Below, in pieces: positions 20,246 through 30,977 of a stretch of 64,000 bases of DNA. A program made the position numbers and the translations under genes. The stretch lies in the IMG/VR virus record IMGVR_UViG_3300028299_000004; one strand, 5' to 3'. Every line of letters begins with the position of its first letter. Within the stretch, counting starts at the first letter, position 1. A model generated the notes under the pieces. That model saw nothing but the letters and a program-made list of their open reading frames with translations, had not been told where the DNA came from and made no database searches. This DNA is from an uncultured virus (IMG/VR IMGVR_UViG_3300028299_000004) (taxonomy: Duplodnaviria > Heunggongvirae > Uroviricota > Caudoviricetes).

Positions 20246-22702
20246 TTAATCCCAACGGTTTCTTGGGAAATTATCAGTATAAAGTTTTCTATTCGCGTTA
20301 TCAGCGACAACTAATTTGTTTTCATCAACAACAATTAGTTGACTCAATATTGTATTAATTGATTCTGTTGGTATAACATCATTAAATACCCTTAGATTTG
20401 TATATTTTATATTTGAACCAATTATTTCCATATCTGTATTATGTGAGAAATTAACTGGATACGCGTCCCCTATGGATTTACTAGTTAATAACTCAAATGT
20501 TGTAGTTATATTATGTACCTCTGTATTAGTAACTGGTTTGAAATCTATACTAGTTAAATATGTGTATCCTGTTGTATCATTAGAATTTACGGTTGCGGTT
20601 TCATATGAATTTGGGTGGAACATTTTTATATTATAACTACCTGGTCTCTTATATAAGTACATATCAACTTTTTCCAATCTTTGATTAATGTTTACAACAA
20701 CCGCGTACCAAATATTTGTTTTTACTTGAATTGTTAATGTATAAATTTGATTATTTATTTGGAATAATATTTGATTTTTATGATACCATAATCTATATCC
20801 AACCTTATTCGATTCGTTGAAATTATTTAACAAATTAAAATTCTTAGTGTTACTTACATTATAAAATTTATAGTCATCTTTTTTCGGATTATCTGGGTCA
20901 TATTGATTATTGAAACTAAACCAACAAAGGAATGATCTATTTTCTGATTCTCTCAAATTTTGATCAGCTTTATTATAAATGACTGCTCTTTTACCAGAAA
21001 CATCTTTGAAATTGTAATAATAATCGGCAAAATTTATATTACCAGAATATAATTGTTCTTGAACTATTATAACATCTTTGTAAATAATATGTCTCATAAG
21101 TTCATGAGTCATTGGTTTGGTTTGTTCTTTGTTAGCTATTTTTTCTTTTTCATCAGTTTCCTCTATTCCAAATATCTCATCAAGTGTTGTGTTCTTGGTG
21201 AGTTTTTCAATTTTAATTCGTGATTCTTCTGAAATAAATTTGATATTCGCCTTTTGTTCGTATTTTTCTAATATAACTTTCCAATAAATACCTGCATTCA
21301 TAATTTCTCTAAATACTTGGGCGTGTTTAACACGATATAATCTGTTTAATTCACAGAAAAACAAAAAGTCATTTTGAGCTGGTCGTTTATCAATACCAAA
21401 GTGATTTTTAAATTCATCTTTTAAGATATGGATTTCAAATGTATCAAATAAATCTAGATTAAATTTATTTATTTTTATAGTATTATCAGGGAATTTATTT
21501 TCTGGAACTAAAACTTTAATGGTCTTAACATCAATAACATTATATAATTGATACTCATGTAACATCATATCCATTCCATTATCATCAATACCTGTTAAAT
21601 GATAATCAACCTTCCAAGCAAAAATACTATTAATATCGTTCGCGATTTTCTTATATAAATCGGTTATTTTATCTGTTTCATATGGATTCCATAATTCATT
21701 CTGCGTTGAGTGATTCTCATCTTCTAATTGTTGAATTGAATCATTACTCATATAACAGCTCAATCCCTGAGTATAAAAATTCATCTTTAAATCATAACCA
21801 ATTGATGTTGACATACTAGATGATGTTGTTTGATTTGAGTATGTTGGATAACCACAACTAAATGTTTGTGTTGTTATATCAGTTGTGTTTGTATATGTGG
21901 TTAAACAGTCCTGTCTTAATCCATATCTATTTAATTTTAAATAATTAGCACTTACATTTTGAAAATCACCTATTAAAATTATATCATATATTCTTGTTGG
22001 CTGGTCTGATGGATATTTTTGAGTTAATAAATACTGCATTTTACAAAATCTAAGTTCATTAAATCTTTCTGTTGAAATATTTTCTGTTGTTAATGGTGTC
22101 CATTGTGTATATGATCTACCGTTATCATAAGTCATACGATATCTAATATCTATGTTACCTGTATTACCCGCAGATATTACCTGAAAATCACTAGCTGAAA
22201 ATACCTTATATATATCTTGTGGTTCTAATATTATTTGATTATTATCGTTTGTTATTGTGACAATTCCATCAGTTTTATCAATTTCATATTGTCCCAAAAT
22301 AACTATGTTACTTATCCATATATTTGTAGGTACAACACCGTCGGTTGGGTCATCAACTCTAAATACAAATAATTCAAAATCAAATGGTTGATATGGGTTT
22401 AATGTTAACCCAGATAATAATTCTATTTCTAATAAATCAGACCAACACCCATCACATGGAATCAAATCATTCGTGTCAGCGTTTTTAAATTTGAAAAACA
22501 ATTTTAAATACTGTGTATCATCAATAACACCATCTATTCTATATGTTATTCCACTTATTTTGGATACACCAGTTATTGGTTCATCAATAGTTAAATGTAA
22601 ACTATTATCATTTGTTTCTCCAGTTGAATATTTTAATTCTTCGGTACCAACGAAATTGATTGTAAAAGTTTCATCATATTTTTTGCTTAAAACATAATCC
22701 AT
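20246..22702 (-). CDS. Neck/head-closure protein (T4 gp14-like core) with extra domains, including a LamG-like C-terminus
   Basis: Central FEIHILKDEFKNHFG..KRP..DFLFF...NRLYRV resembles gp14-like neck proteins; C-terminal W..V.VNI..TNLRVFN resembles LamG. Confidence 0.55.
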   Translation of the reverse strand: MDYVLSKKYDETFTINFVGTEELKYSTGETNDNSLHLTIDEPITGVSKISGITYRIDGVIDDTQYLKLFFKFKNADTNDLIPCDGCWSDLLEIELLSGLTLNPYQPFDFELFVFRVDDPTDGVVPTNIWISNIVILGQYEIDKTDGIVTITNDNNQIILEPQDIYKVFSASDFQVISAGNTGNIDIRYRMTYDNGRSYTQWTPLTTENISTERFNELRFCKMQYLLTQKYPSDQPTRIYDIILIGDFQNVSANYLKLNRYGLRQDCLTTYTNTTDITTQTFSCGYPTYSNQTTSSSMSTSIGYDLKMNFYTQGLSCYMSNDSIQQLEDENHSTQNELWNPYETDKITDLYKKIANDINSIFAWKVDYHLTGIDDNGMDMMLHEYQLYNVIDVKTIKVLVPENKFPDNTIKINKFNLDLFDTFEIHILKDEFKNHFGIDKRPAQNDFLFFCELNRLYRVKHAQVFREIMNAGIYWKVILEKYEQKANIKFISEESRIKIEKLTKNTTLDEIFGIEETDEKEKIANKEQTKPMTHELMRHIIYKDVIIVQEQLYSGNINFADYYYNFKDVSGKRAVIYNKADQNLRESENRSFLCWFSFNNQYDPDNPKKDDYKFYNVSNTKNFNLLNNFNESNKVGYRLWYHKNQILFQINNQIYTLTIQVKTNIWYAVVVNINQRLEKVDMYLYKRPGSYNIKMFHPNSYETATVNSNDTTGYTYLTSIDFKPVTNTEVHNITTTFELLTSKSIGDAYPVNFSHNTDMEIIGSNIKYTNLRVFNDVIPTESINTILSQLIVVDENKLVVADNANRKLYTDNFPRNRWD

Positions 22703-22758
22703 TATGATAATTTGATTATTTTATTTTTATATATATATAAAAATATTAAGGAGATAAA

Positions 22759-22965
22759 ATGGAACATACTAAATTATTTGATGAGTATCATTGGGATAAT
22801 ATTCCGAGAACTAATGGTGAAAATAGAAAAATATTTTCTAAAGAGAGAGCTATGTGGTTAAAAACTATGATAGATAAAGATCAGAATGACCAATTAACAA
22901 AATCAGACAAAATTAAAAATATACTAAGAGAAATAGATGAAGTATTAGAACTTCATAATTTTTAA
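22759..22965 (+). CDS. Small protein with MEHTKLFDEY leader
   Basis: ORF with AAGGAG upstream and a TATATATA motif. Confidence 0.6.
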   Translation: MEHTKLFDEYHWDNIPRTNGENRKIFSKERAMWLKTMIDKDQNDQLTKSDKIKNILREIDEVLELHNF

Positions 22966-22982
22966 AAAAATAAAAAAATATA

Positions 22983-24395
22983 ATGCCATATATTATACCA
23001 AATAATTTGTTAACACCAACTGAGAAGGTTATAAAATTCTATCAGTGTGCGATGATATCGGTTGAGGGTCCACAGATAAAAGGGAAGATTAATATGGAAG
23101 GACTAGAAATTCCTTATGATTCCCAATACACATCAATGATGACTCTGAACGCGAGTGCGAGTAATCAACCAGTACTATATGGATTTTTAGGTAATAATGT
23201 TACATTTCTAATGATAAAAGCTACATATATACCAAGAGATCCAAATTGGGCTGTAGAATCAACTCAATACATAGAATATTATTTTTCTGATAACCCAAAT
23301 CAAAAAAGATATATGGGAAAATTACTCATATTAACTGGTAATAGTGAGAAAAGAATACCACAAATTTATTTGACTAATCCAAGTACAACACAAAAGGTTT
23401 ATTTAGAGATATTTATGGCTAATCAAACACAAGATGATATTAGTGGTACAGGTGCACTTGAAGAAATCAATCTTATCACTGGTCTATATTATAATAATCT
23501 AATGTCAGATAGTATGTCATTCCTATCACCCATTTCTATTGGATCAACAGAATTACATATCACTGATAATGATGAAAATGTGGTGTTAGCTATTCCATAT
23601 GAAAATATAAATACAATAACTAGAATAACTGATGATGATACACATACATTATTAATCGGAACGGATTCAGAAGAGAAAATAAGATTGGAATTTTTGAGTG
23701 ATTTTAATATGAAACAATCCCATAGTAGATTATCCTGGGTACTAGAAAATACTAGAAATAGATATTTAACTAGAACATTACCAACAATAGACGCTGATCC
23801 ACCAGTAATCACTTGGACAACATCTGGTTCAACAACTGGGTATACGATATTACCTTGGGATGGAACTGGATATACAACTGATGCTATAATAGAAATTTTC
23901 CTTTCTGGTGTAACTGACGCGAGAGATGGAATAATTAGTATACTAGATTCAGAATTACTTATTTATAATAGTGGAAGTATAATACCACTAACTGGAATAA
24001 CTACGGAAGGTTTTTATTCATTGTATTTTACCGTGAGTGATATCGCGGGTAATGAAAATACACAAATAAAATATGCGGTGACAGATGATGAAGCACCTGG
24101 AATCCGATTCTATAGTTACGCGTCTGGAAGTACATACACAATGAGTATTTCGGGTGATACTGTTTCTGGAACATATATAAACGCTGGAGATATTAGAACA
24201 TTCACAATTGATTATGTTTATGATAATGTTGATAGTGGATTGACTGTTTCTGATGTTGATGTTACTATATGGTATCAATCAAGTGCTACAACAACCGCTA
24301 CAATATCTGGTGTAACATACATTGTTTCTTATGAACTAACAGATACAGCGGGCAATACATTTGATACAGATAAATATATGACAACTAGAAGTTAA
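22983..24395 (+). CDS. Putative virion protein with two Ig-like (DxxxP...DxAGN) repeats
   Basis: DADPPVI...VSDIAGN and DDEAPGI...TDTAGN; many [ST]GxT motifs. Confidence 0.6.
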   Translation: MPYIIPNNLLTPTEKVIKFYQCAMISVEGPQIKGKINMEGLEIPYDSQYTSMMTLNASASNQPVLYGFLGNNVTFLMIKATYIPRDPNWAVESTQYIEYYFSDNPNQKRYMGKLLILTGNSEKRIPQIYLTNPSTTQKVYLEIFMANQTQDDISGTGALEEINLITGLYYNNLMSDSMSFLSPISIGSTELHITDNDENVVLAIPYENINTITRITDDDTHTLLIGTDSEEKIRLEFLSDFNMKQSHSRLSWVLENTRNRYLTRTLPTIDADPPVITWTTSGSTTGYTILPWDGTGYTTDAIIEIFLSGVTDARDGIISILDSELLIYNSGSIIPLTGITTEGFYSLYFTVSDIAGNENTQIKYAVTDDEAPGIRFYSYASGSTYTMSISGDTVSGTYINAGDIRTFTIDYVYDNVDSGLTVSDVDVTIWYQSSATTTATISGVTYIVSYELTDTAGNTFDTDKYMTTRS

Positions 24396-24412
24396 AAAAT
24401 AAAATATAAAAA

Positions 24413-25045
24413 ATGAGATTTGATTATAAATCATCCAATTTTATTTCAACACCAGCGACTGGTGATAAGAGGATAAGAATATACGATAAAAATAAAAATC
24501 TTAGATTCAGTATAGAACCAGAATTATCATATTTTTATGTTAATAACAATTGTGTTGTAATAAAAGTAACGAATAAAAATGATATAACATTATCTTTTGA
24601 GACTAAACGAGACGCGTTACTCGCGATATCAAAATTGATTGATGTTAAGAGATTTTTTGTAAACACTGTGTCCTCAAATATTTTAGGGTATATTTATTCA
24701 TCATTAAATTTAAACATGCCCGCGTCCGCGACGACAGCGAATGGTGATCTAGCGTGTGACTACCCAGTATTGGATACACCAAGATCACATATTAGGGTAA
24801 AAGTAAATGGTGTAGAATACAATGCGGCGTCACCATCTACGGATCTTAACGCGGAATGTTTCTTCGCTCCTGGTGGATTGTCAGGTACAGCGGCTGCGGC
24901 GGCAGCTAGACAAAAAGGTGGTGAACAAAAAGGAGATTATCTATATTGGATTGGTGAATATTGGGGGGATTATAATGTTGTTGGTGCAGGATTTCAATTA
25001 ACTACCAATGATGATATAGATTTCATTTTCCTAACCGACCCATGA
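24413..25045 (+). CDS. Putative virion protein
   Basis: C-terminal domain similar to 25604..26119 (NG..Y...GD.LY...GF.LT..D.I). Confidence 0.55.
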   Translation: MRFDYKSSNFISTPATGDKRIRIYDKNKNLRFSIEPELSYFYVNNNCVVIKVTNKNDITLSFETKRDALLAISKLIDVKRFFVNTVSSNILGYIYSSLNLNMPASATTANGDLACDYPVLDTPRSHIRVKVNGVEYNAASPSTDLNAECFFAPGGLSGTAAAAAARQKGGEQKGDYLYWIGEYWGDYNVVGAGFQLTTNDDIDFIFLTDP

Positions 25046-25495
25046 ACAATGGTGGTATTATACCACAACTTCTACGCCACAAGCACAATGTAACCATTCA
25101 CTTTGTGTGACGCTAGGTTGGTTCCTCAACCCAAAATTTCTTATATTTATAGCAGCATTTATATCCCTATCGTGTTTTTTACCACAGATGGAACAAACCC
25201 ATTCCCTATTATTTAAAGCCAATTCTTTATTAATTGTTCCACAAGAACTACAAGTTTTTGATGAAGGATCAAATCTACCAATTATTGAAAGGTTTTTTCC
25301 ATACCAATCACATTTATATTCCAACATTGACTTGAATTCATTCCACCCCATATCAGATATAGCTCTTGATAGATTATTGTTTTTCAACATATTACTTACA
25401 CCAAGATAAACGAATCTAACTTGACCAAAAATATTAGACATCATTTCTTTTTGATTATTAGTAGGATATATTCTATATTTATATGATTTTAACAT
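25042..25495 (-). mobile_element. tnpB: Internally deleted IS200/IS605 tnpB with its right end (CDS 25058..25495)
   Basis: KSYKYRIYPT..Q...FGQVRFVY joined directly to LGVSNM...AISDMGW.EF..MLEYK...PSSKTCSSCG...W.C..CG..HDRDINAAINI. RuvC-I and the middle of the protein are missing. Hairpin GTGGTA-TTA-TACCAC at 25052-25066. Confidence 0.85.
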
Positions 25496-25603
25496 TTTAA
25501 CGAAAAACTCTTTTTTCCTTAAACTATATATTAAAATTTAAAAATCATTTTTCATAAAAGTTATTTTTATATATACATATATAAAAATAACTTTTAAATC
25601 CTT

Positions 25604-26119
25604 ATGCCTAAAGTAAGAGCACAACAAATAAATTACCCATATCTACACTTTAGTGGTAATACAGGATCAGATACTATAAATTTAGGGCGTGGTATAACTT
25701 TCTATGGTTCATCTGGTATTAGTGTTACTATTATTGATGAAATATCATATATTGGTATACAGTCAGATACAACAGAAAATAGTAGTTCTATATCATATTC
25801 AACTAGTGGATTGAAATCAGCGACTTTATTTGTTGAAAATTTCAATGTATCTATTACAGGAAGTACAATACACGATACTGGAATTAATATAACCAATACA
25901 CCAGCTGGTAATGGATATATTTCACTATCACTAAATGGGTTGAATTATATAATATCAGATACAACACTTGGACCATTTTTCTTTGGTACGAACAGTGCTA
26001 CAACAATAAGTCATGAGTTGGTATCTAGTGGAGATACATTATATTATAATCCATTAACAAAAGGATTTAATTTAACAATTGATGACGAAATTATATTAAA
26101 TTATATGAAAATAAATTAA
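25604..26119 (+). CDS. Putative virion protein
   Basis: MPKVRAQQI N-terminus shared with the next gene; late-type promoter upstream. Confidence 0.55.
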   Translation: MPKVRAQQINYPYLHFSGNTGSDTINLGRGITFYGSSGISVTIIDEISYIGIQSDTTENSSSISYSTSGLKSATLFVENFNVSITGSTIHDTGINITNTPAGNGYISLSLNGLNYIISDTTLGPFFFGTNSATTISHELVSSGDTLYYNPLTKGFNLTIDDEIILNYMKIN

Positions 26120-26125
26120 AAATAA

Positions 26126-26605
26126 ATGCCTAAAGTAAAAACTAAACAAATAGAAGCGGACGCACATTTTTCAATGATGGACTCATGGACATATGATAAA
26201 TTTAGAATTACAGGATTAGCTGATCCGGTTAATTTATATGATGCGGTTAATCTTCAAACATTGTATAGTTACGCGTTTAGTGGTGGTACATTATCTTTAA
26301 GTGGTCTTACAGATGTTACTATTATAAATCCAATTAATGATCAAATACTAGTGTATTCTGGTGGAACCTGGGTGAATATTTATAATTCAGGTGGAACACT
26401 AGCGAATTTGGGAGATGTTAATTTAACTAGTTTAAGTGAAAATCAGTTTTTAGTTTATTCTGGTGGGACTTGGATAAATACATCAAATGTTTATGGAAAT
26501 TATGTGTATATATCAAATTGGAGAATATATGAAGATACTGATAATCTAGTTATTGAAAAATATTCAGGTGGAACTTGGATAAATTGTGGGGAATTTTTCA
26601 TCTAA
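26126..26605 (+). CDS. Putative fibre/virion protein with L.Y.SGGTW.N repeats
   Basis: ITGLADPV...DAVN and L..LTDV.I...QILVYSGGTWVN repeats, typical of phage fibres. Confidence 0.6.
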   Translation: MPKVKTKQIEADAHFSMMDSWTYDKFRITGLADPVNLYDAVNLQTLYSYAFSGGTLSLSGLTDVTIINPINDQILVYSGGTWVNIYNSGGTLANLGDVNLTSLSENQFLVYSGGTWINTSNVYGNYVYISNWRIYEDTDNLVIEKYSGGTWINCGEFFI

Positions 26606-26641
26606 TAATTTTAATATATAATAAAAAATAAATAAAATAAA

Positions 26642-28006
26642 ATGGGACTACCAAGAAAACATAATCTAGAACAATTAAAAAGAGTTAGAGCTATAACAAA
26701 AGGTCACGATATCGCTGATGTTGTTAAGAAAGGTGAACATAAAACCGAAGAAAAAATGCCTAACGCTTTTTGGATGGATAATCCATTAGACAGAAATATA
26801 GATACATATGAAAATTTCATAAAAAAAGATAATAAACTTAAAATGGAAAAAAGCGTTAAGATTAATGAGGAATTAGATTATGAAGAAAAATCGTTTATAT
26901 TATTTGATAATTATCTATCTTCGGATTATTCTGATGATATAGAACAAAGAGATCCATCGGAAGTTGTTGAAGATATGATAGATAAATTCGGTAAAACTTA
27001 TGATGTATCTGAATTAGATTATATGAGAGAAGAGTTGAGAAAATTGGTAGAAGATTATAAACTAGAAAATACATATGAATTGCATGAAAATATAAATAAC
27101 AAGGGTATGGGTGTGGATGGATTAAATAGTTTTTTTCAAAATAATTATAAACAAACAAATACGCCAAATAATAGCTTAAGTTTATTACAAGTTGGTAAAT
27201 TTGTAAAAATAGGAAAAGATGAAGGTATTATTGATTTTGTTAGTAATGATGGTGTTACAATATATTTATCAGAAGGTGGAACAAAGAAATTTACTTTTTC
27301 AGAATTTTTCAGAAAATTCAAAGATGACAATATTCTTATAAAAGAAGGTAGTGGATTTCCTAGTGAATTTTGGTCACCAGAACCAGAATTAGCACCAGAA
27401 CCTGATTATCCAGAACGAGAAGTTATTGAATTAGATCCAGAAGAGGAAGAAATTCAACCAGAAATCCAAATAGATGAAGATGAAGGTGAAGTTCAAATAT
27501 ATGAAGATGATGAAGATGAAGGTGAAGTACAAGAATTTGAAGACACTATAAGAAGAATAGGACCAACAACTAGACCAAATATACCAAATTTACCAAATAC
27601 CCCAAGGCCAAATATTAGGCCAACTAAAAATCCAAATATTAGACCATTTGAACCAACTATACCAAAACCAAAAATAAATCCAGAATCACTAGATATTCCA
27701 AGTTTCTACGAAGAAGAAGAGGACATTCAACCAGAAAGAACATTTACTGGAACAGAGGATGATCCATTCGGATATAATGAAAATATTTATATTAATAAAA
27801 CAACATATATTAAATGTCAAGATTGTGGTCAGATGGTTATTGATGACTTTGAAGGTAAAATATCACATATCTATAATAAACATTTCTATAAACCAAAAAT
27901 GGATGGGTCTGTACCTGTTGTGGTTAATAGTGGTAGACCAGTATCGTGGCCAAGTGGTGGTGCTGTAGAACAAAAATTGGTTAATAAATATTTTATAAAT
28001 AAATGA
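26642..28006 (+). CDS. Acidic, Pro-rich hypothetical protein (possible internal head protein) with C-terminal CxxC..H..H
   Basis: ORF; INE/LHE/IKE sites; late-type promoter at about 26611. Confidence 0.6.
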   Translation: MGLPRKHNLEQLKRVRAITKGHDIADVVKKGEHKTEEKMPNAFWMDNPLDRNIDTYENFIKKDNKLKMEKSVKINEELDYEEKSFILFDNYLSSDYSDDIEQRDPSEVVEDMIDKFGKTYDVSELDYMREELRKLVEDYKLENTYELHENINNKGMGVDGLNSFFQNNYKQTNTPNNSLSLLQVGKFVKIGKDEGIIDFVSNDGVTIYLSEGGTKKFTFSEFFRKFKDDNILIKEGSGFPSEFWSPEPELAPEPDYPEREVIELDPEEEEIQPEIQIDEDEGEVQIYEDDEDEGEVQEFEDTIRRIGPTTRPNIPNLPNTPRPNIRPTKNPNIRPFEPTIPKPKINPESLDIPSFYEEEEDIQPERTFTGTEDDPFGYNENIYINKTTYIKCQDCGQMVIDDFEGKISHIYNKHFYKPKMDGSVPVVVNSGRPVSWPSGGAVEQKLVNKYFINK

Positions 28007-28022
28007 AAAAAAATAAGAAAAT

Positions 28023-28247
28023 ATGAAATATATAAAATTATTTGAAGAGATTGATTTTGATGAAAATGATTTTGAATGGGATGAAGAAGACTAGAAACCA
28101 GAATGTATGCCAAATCTTTTTTATGAGTTTTTAATTGAAAATAATTGTTTTGATGAATGGGTGAATAAATTTAAAGATAAAGAATCTATCAATATGAGAA
28201 AACATTCAACACAGGCATATGGTTTAAAAAAACCTGACATCCCTTAG
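28023..28247 (+). pseudogene. MKYIKLFEEID-leader gene interrupted by in-frame TAG
   Basis: ATG at 28023 gives MKYIKLFEEIDFDENDFEWDEED; TAG at 28092-28094; then KPECMPNLFYEFLIENNCFDEWVNKF... to TAG at 28245-28247. Confidence 0.55.
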
Positions 28248-28376
28248 GTAATCTCAACCCTCCATGTTGAATGTAATATACTTGAAATAAAAAAAATATC
28301 AAATATTATTTGTTCAAAAAATTATAATAATCTAAAAAATTATAAATCTAAATTAGAGAAAAAAAATAATAAAATT

Positions 28377-30977
28377 GTGAAATATAAAAATAGAGAAGAT
28401 TTCTTATCAATTATTGATAACTTGAAACTAAAAAATGGTTGTGAAATAGGTGTATATAAAGGCGATTATAGTATTAAAATATTAGAAAAAACAAATTTAG
28501 ATAAACTCTATCTAATAGATCCTTGGAAGCATTTAGATAATTATAAAGATATTAGTAATCATAATGATAATGATTTTAAGGTAATACTAGAAGAAGTAAA
28601 AAATAAAACACATAAATTCAAAGATAGAGTTGAAATTATTCAAGATTTATCTGAGAATGTGAATTCTGATTTCAAAGATAATTATTTTGATTTTATATAT
28701 TTAGATGCAAATCATTCATATGAAGCATCAAAAAAAGATATAGAATTGTGGTATAGTAAAGTAAGACCTGGTGGTATTTTTTCAGGTCATGATTATTTAA
28801 ATGGAATTTTACCACAGGGAGAATTTGGTGTTAAACAGGCTATTGATGAATTTTCTAAAAAAAATAACCTCAAAATACACACTACAGGTGAAGATGAATG
28901 GAAATCGTGGTATATAATTAAACCTATTAACATTGTTCTTTATTGTACAAAAAATTATTTAGATAATTCCTTGTATCTAATAAAAACCTTGAATTCTTTT
29001 CACGATAATTTGATTTTTTATCTTTACACATTAAATTTTGAATATAAATGTGATATAAAAAATGTAAATATAATTAAAATTCAAGATGAACGAATCACTA
29101 CAAATATGAAATTTAAAGGAAACGCCAATGATAACGATAATAAAAATATGTTCATGTCAATTTTCTTTAAAAGTAGAGTTATGCTAGATTCTATAACCAA
29201 TCTAAAATTATCTAATGCTATTTATATGGATTCTGACATACTACCAACAGGAAATATCAATTCTTTATTTAATTATTTTGATAAAATTACAAATTACCCA
29301 TTAATTCAGGAAGGGTTATTTGAATATCAAATAAATTTTGGTCGAGGCAATCCTTTTAAGGATAATGGTTTTGATGAAACTAATATATTGGAATATCCTT
29401 TAATGAATAAATTGTCCATTCCAATAAAAAATAGAACTAAATATTCTAATGCTTCTATTGAATTATATAATAAAACCTGTAAGGAATTTTTAGAAGAATA
29501 TGACAAGTTAAATAATGAGGCTTACAATTTAAGTATTTCAGACATCAATTTCTATTACCCATTTACAGATGAAACTAGTATCAACGTTCTTTTGTGGAAA
29601 TATCAATACAATAATAGATTGCCTTTCCTTCAAATGAACATTGATAATATTGATAATATTAAAGAATTTTATGAATCAAATTATGATAATGAAAAACAAA
29701 TAACAGGATTTGTTAGAGTGCCATCAAAAGAAAAAAAGAAAGATATACTTTTTTTTCATGGTGTGAAAGGTGAAGTCTCTAAAGAAACTTTCAATACTCT
29801 AAATAATATGTTTAAGTATAATTTAAACATAAAAGAAAATAAAATTACATTAACTACAAAATTAGATTTTAATAGAAATTTAAAAGTATCTATATGTGAT
29901 ATAAATGATGATATAATCTATGAAACAAGCACAATTTTTAATAAAAATGTTGAATATTGGTATGCACCTTCAAATAAATTAGAAAAATTTGAAGAAATAA
30001 TTGTTAAAGTTTATGATAATGAAAAACTTATATTCAAAAAAACAATTATTAATGATAATTGTTTATTTTTAAGAAATAATATCTTGGTTAAAAAACCTGC
30101 ATTACTAATACATTCAAATTGTTATGGAGACACATTAAATACAACACCACTAATTAGAACATTATCAAATGCTTATGGTTGCAAAATTGACATTTTTACG
30201 TATTTACCTGAATTGTTTATTAATAGTCCATATATAGATAAAATTTATTCAGTTAATGAAGTCTCAAATAGTAAGCATGAATTATATGAGATTGGAAAAT
30301 CCATGTTAAATAATTATCATAAACAAATAAGAAAAACACATTTAGTAGATTTTTTTACAATAGACTTAGGATTCACATTAACATCTGAAGAAAAACAATT
30401 AGACTTTTTTCCTGATCCTTGGCAAAATAAATTTGAATTACCAGAAAAATATATCTGTATAAACCCCTCAATTACTTGGCCGTCAAAGAGTTGGAAACTA
30501 GAAAATTGGCAGGAATTAATTTCAAAAATAGATATGAAAATTGTTGTTTTAGGTAAAAAAGTTGTTCATCTTGAAAATGATATTAAATCCTTTTCAATTT
30601 TAAAAAATGATAATATAATTGATTTAACTGAGAAGACCACATTATCAGATGCTTGGTATATTATAAATAATGCTGAATCATTTATAACTTTTGATTCAGG
30701 ATTGTTGCATCTTGCAGGAACCACTGATACTCATATTATTCAACTTGGTAGTTATATTCATCCTCTATCAAAAACACCATTTAGAAAAGGGTCACAAACA
30801 TATAAATATACTTTTATTGGTGGTGTATGTAAATTATTTTGTGCTTCAGATTTAAAATATAGCGTAGATGTAGTACAAAGTCTTCAAAATTATCCAATAG
30901 GTAAGCAATGTTTAGAAAAATATTCAGAATATAGATGTCATCCAACACCAGAACAGGTGTTTGATGAGATAAATTAA
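28377..30977 (+). CDS. Multidomain protein: class I SAM methyltransferase, GT-A-like domain and GT9/heptosyltransferase-like domain
   Basis: EIGVYKG...IYLDANHSY...GGIFSGHDY (Methyltransf_24-like); YMDSD (DxD); GDTL..TP...INPS.TW.SK.W...DSGLLHLAG with a C-terminal Cys cluster. Confidence 0.8.
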   Translation: MKYKNREDFLSIIDNLKLKNGCEIGVYKGDYSIKILEKTNLDKLYLIDPWKHLDNYKDISNHNDNDFKVILEEVKNKTHKFKDRVEIIQDLSENVNSDFKDNYFDFIYLDANHSYEASKKDIELWYSKVRPGGIFSGHDYLNGILPQGEFGVKQAIDEFSKKNNLKIHTTGEDEWKSWYIIKPINIVLYCTKNYLDNSLYLIKTLNSFHDNLIFYLYTLNFEYKCDIKNVNIIKIQDERITTNMKFKGNANDNDNKNMFMSIFFKSRVMLDSITNLKLSNAIYMDSDILPTGNINSLFNYFDKITNYPLIQEGLFEYQINFGRGNPFKDNGFDETNILEYPLMNKLSIPIKNRTKYSNASIELYNKTCKEFLEEYDKLNNEAYNLSISDINFYYPFTDETSINVLLWKYQYNNRLPFLQMNIDNIDNIKEFYESNYDNEKQITGFVRVPSKEKKKDILFFHGVKGEVSKETFNTLNNMFKYNLNIKENKITLTTKLDFNRNLKVSICDINDDIIYETSTIFNKNVEYWYAPSNKLEKFEEIIVKVYDNEKLIFKKTIINDNCLFLRNNILVKKPALLIHSNCYGDTLNTTPLIRTLSNAYGCKIDIFTYLPELFINSPYIDKIYSVNEVSNSKHELYEIGKSMLNNYHKQIRKTHLVDFFTIDLGFTLTSEEKQLDFFPDPWQNKFELPEKYICINPSITWPSKSWKLENWQELISKIDMKIVVLGKKVVHLENDIKSFSILKNDNIIDLTEKTTLSDAWYIINNAESFITFDSGLLHLAGTTDTHIIQLGSYIHPLSKTPFRKGSQTYKYTFIGGVCKLFCASDLKYSVDVVQSLQNYPIGKQCLEKYSEYRCHPTPEQVFDEIN

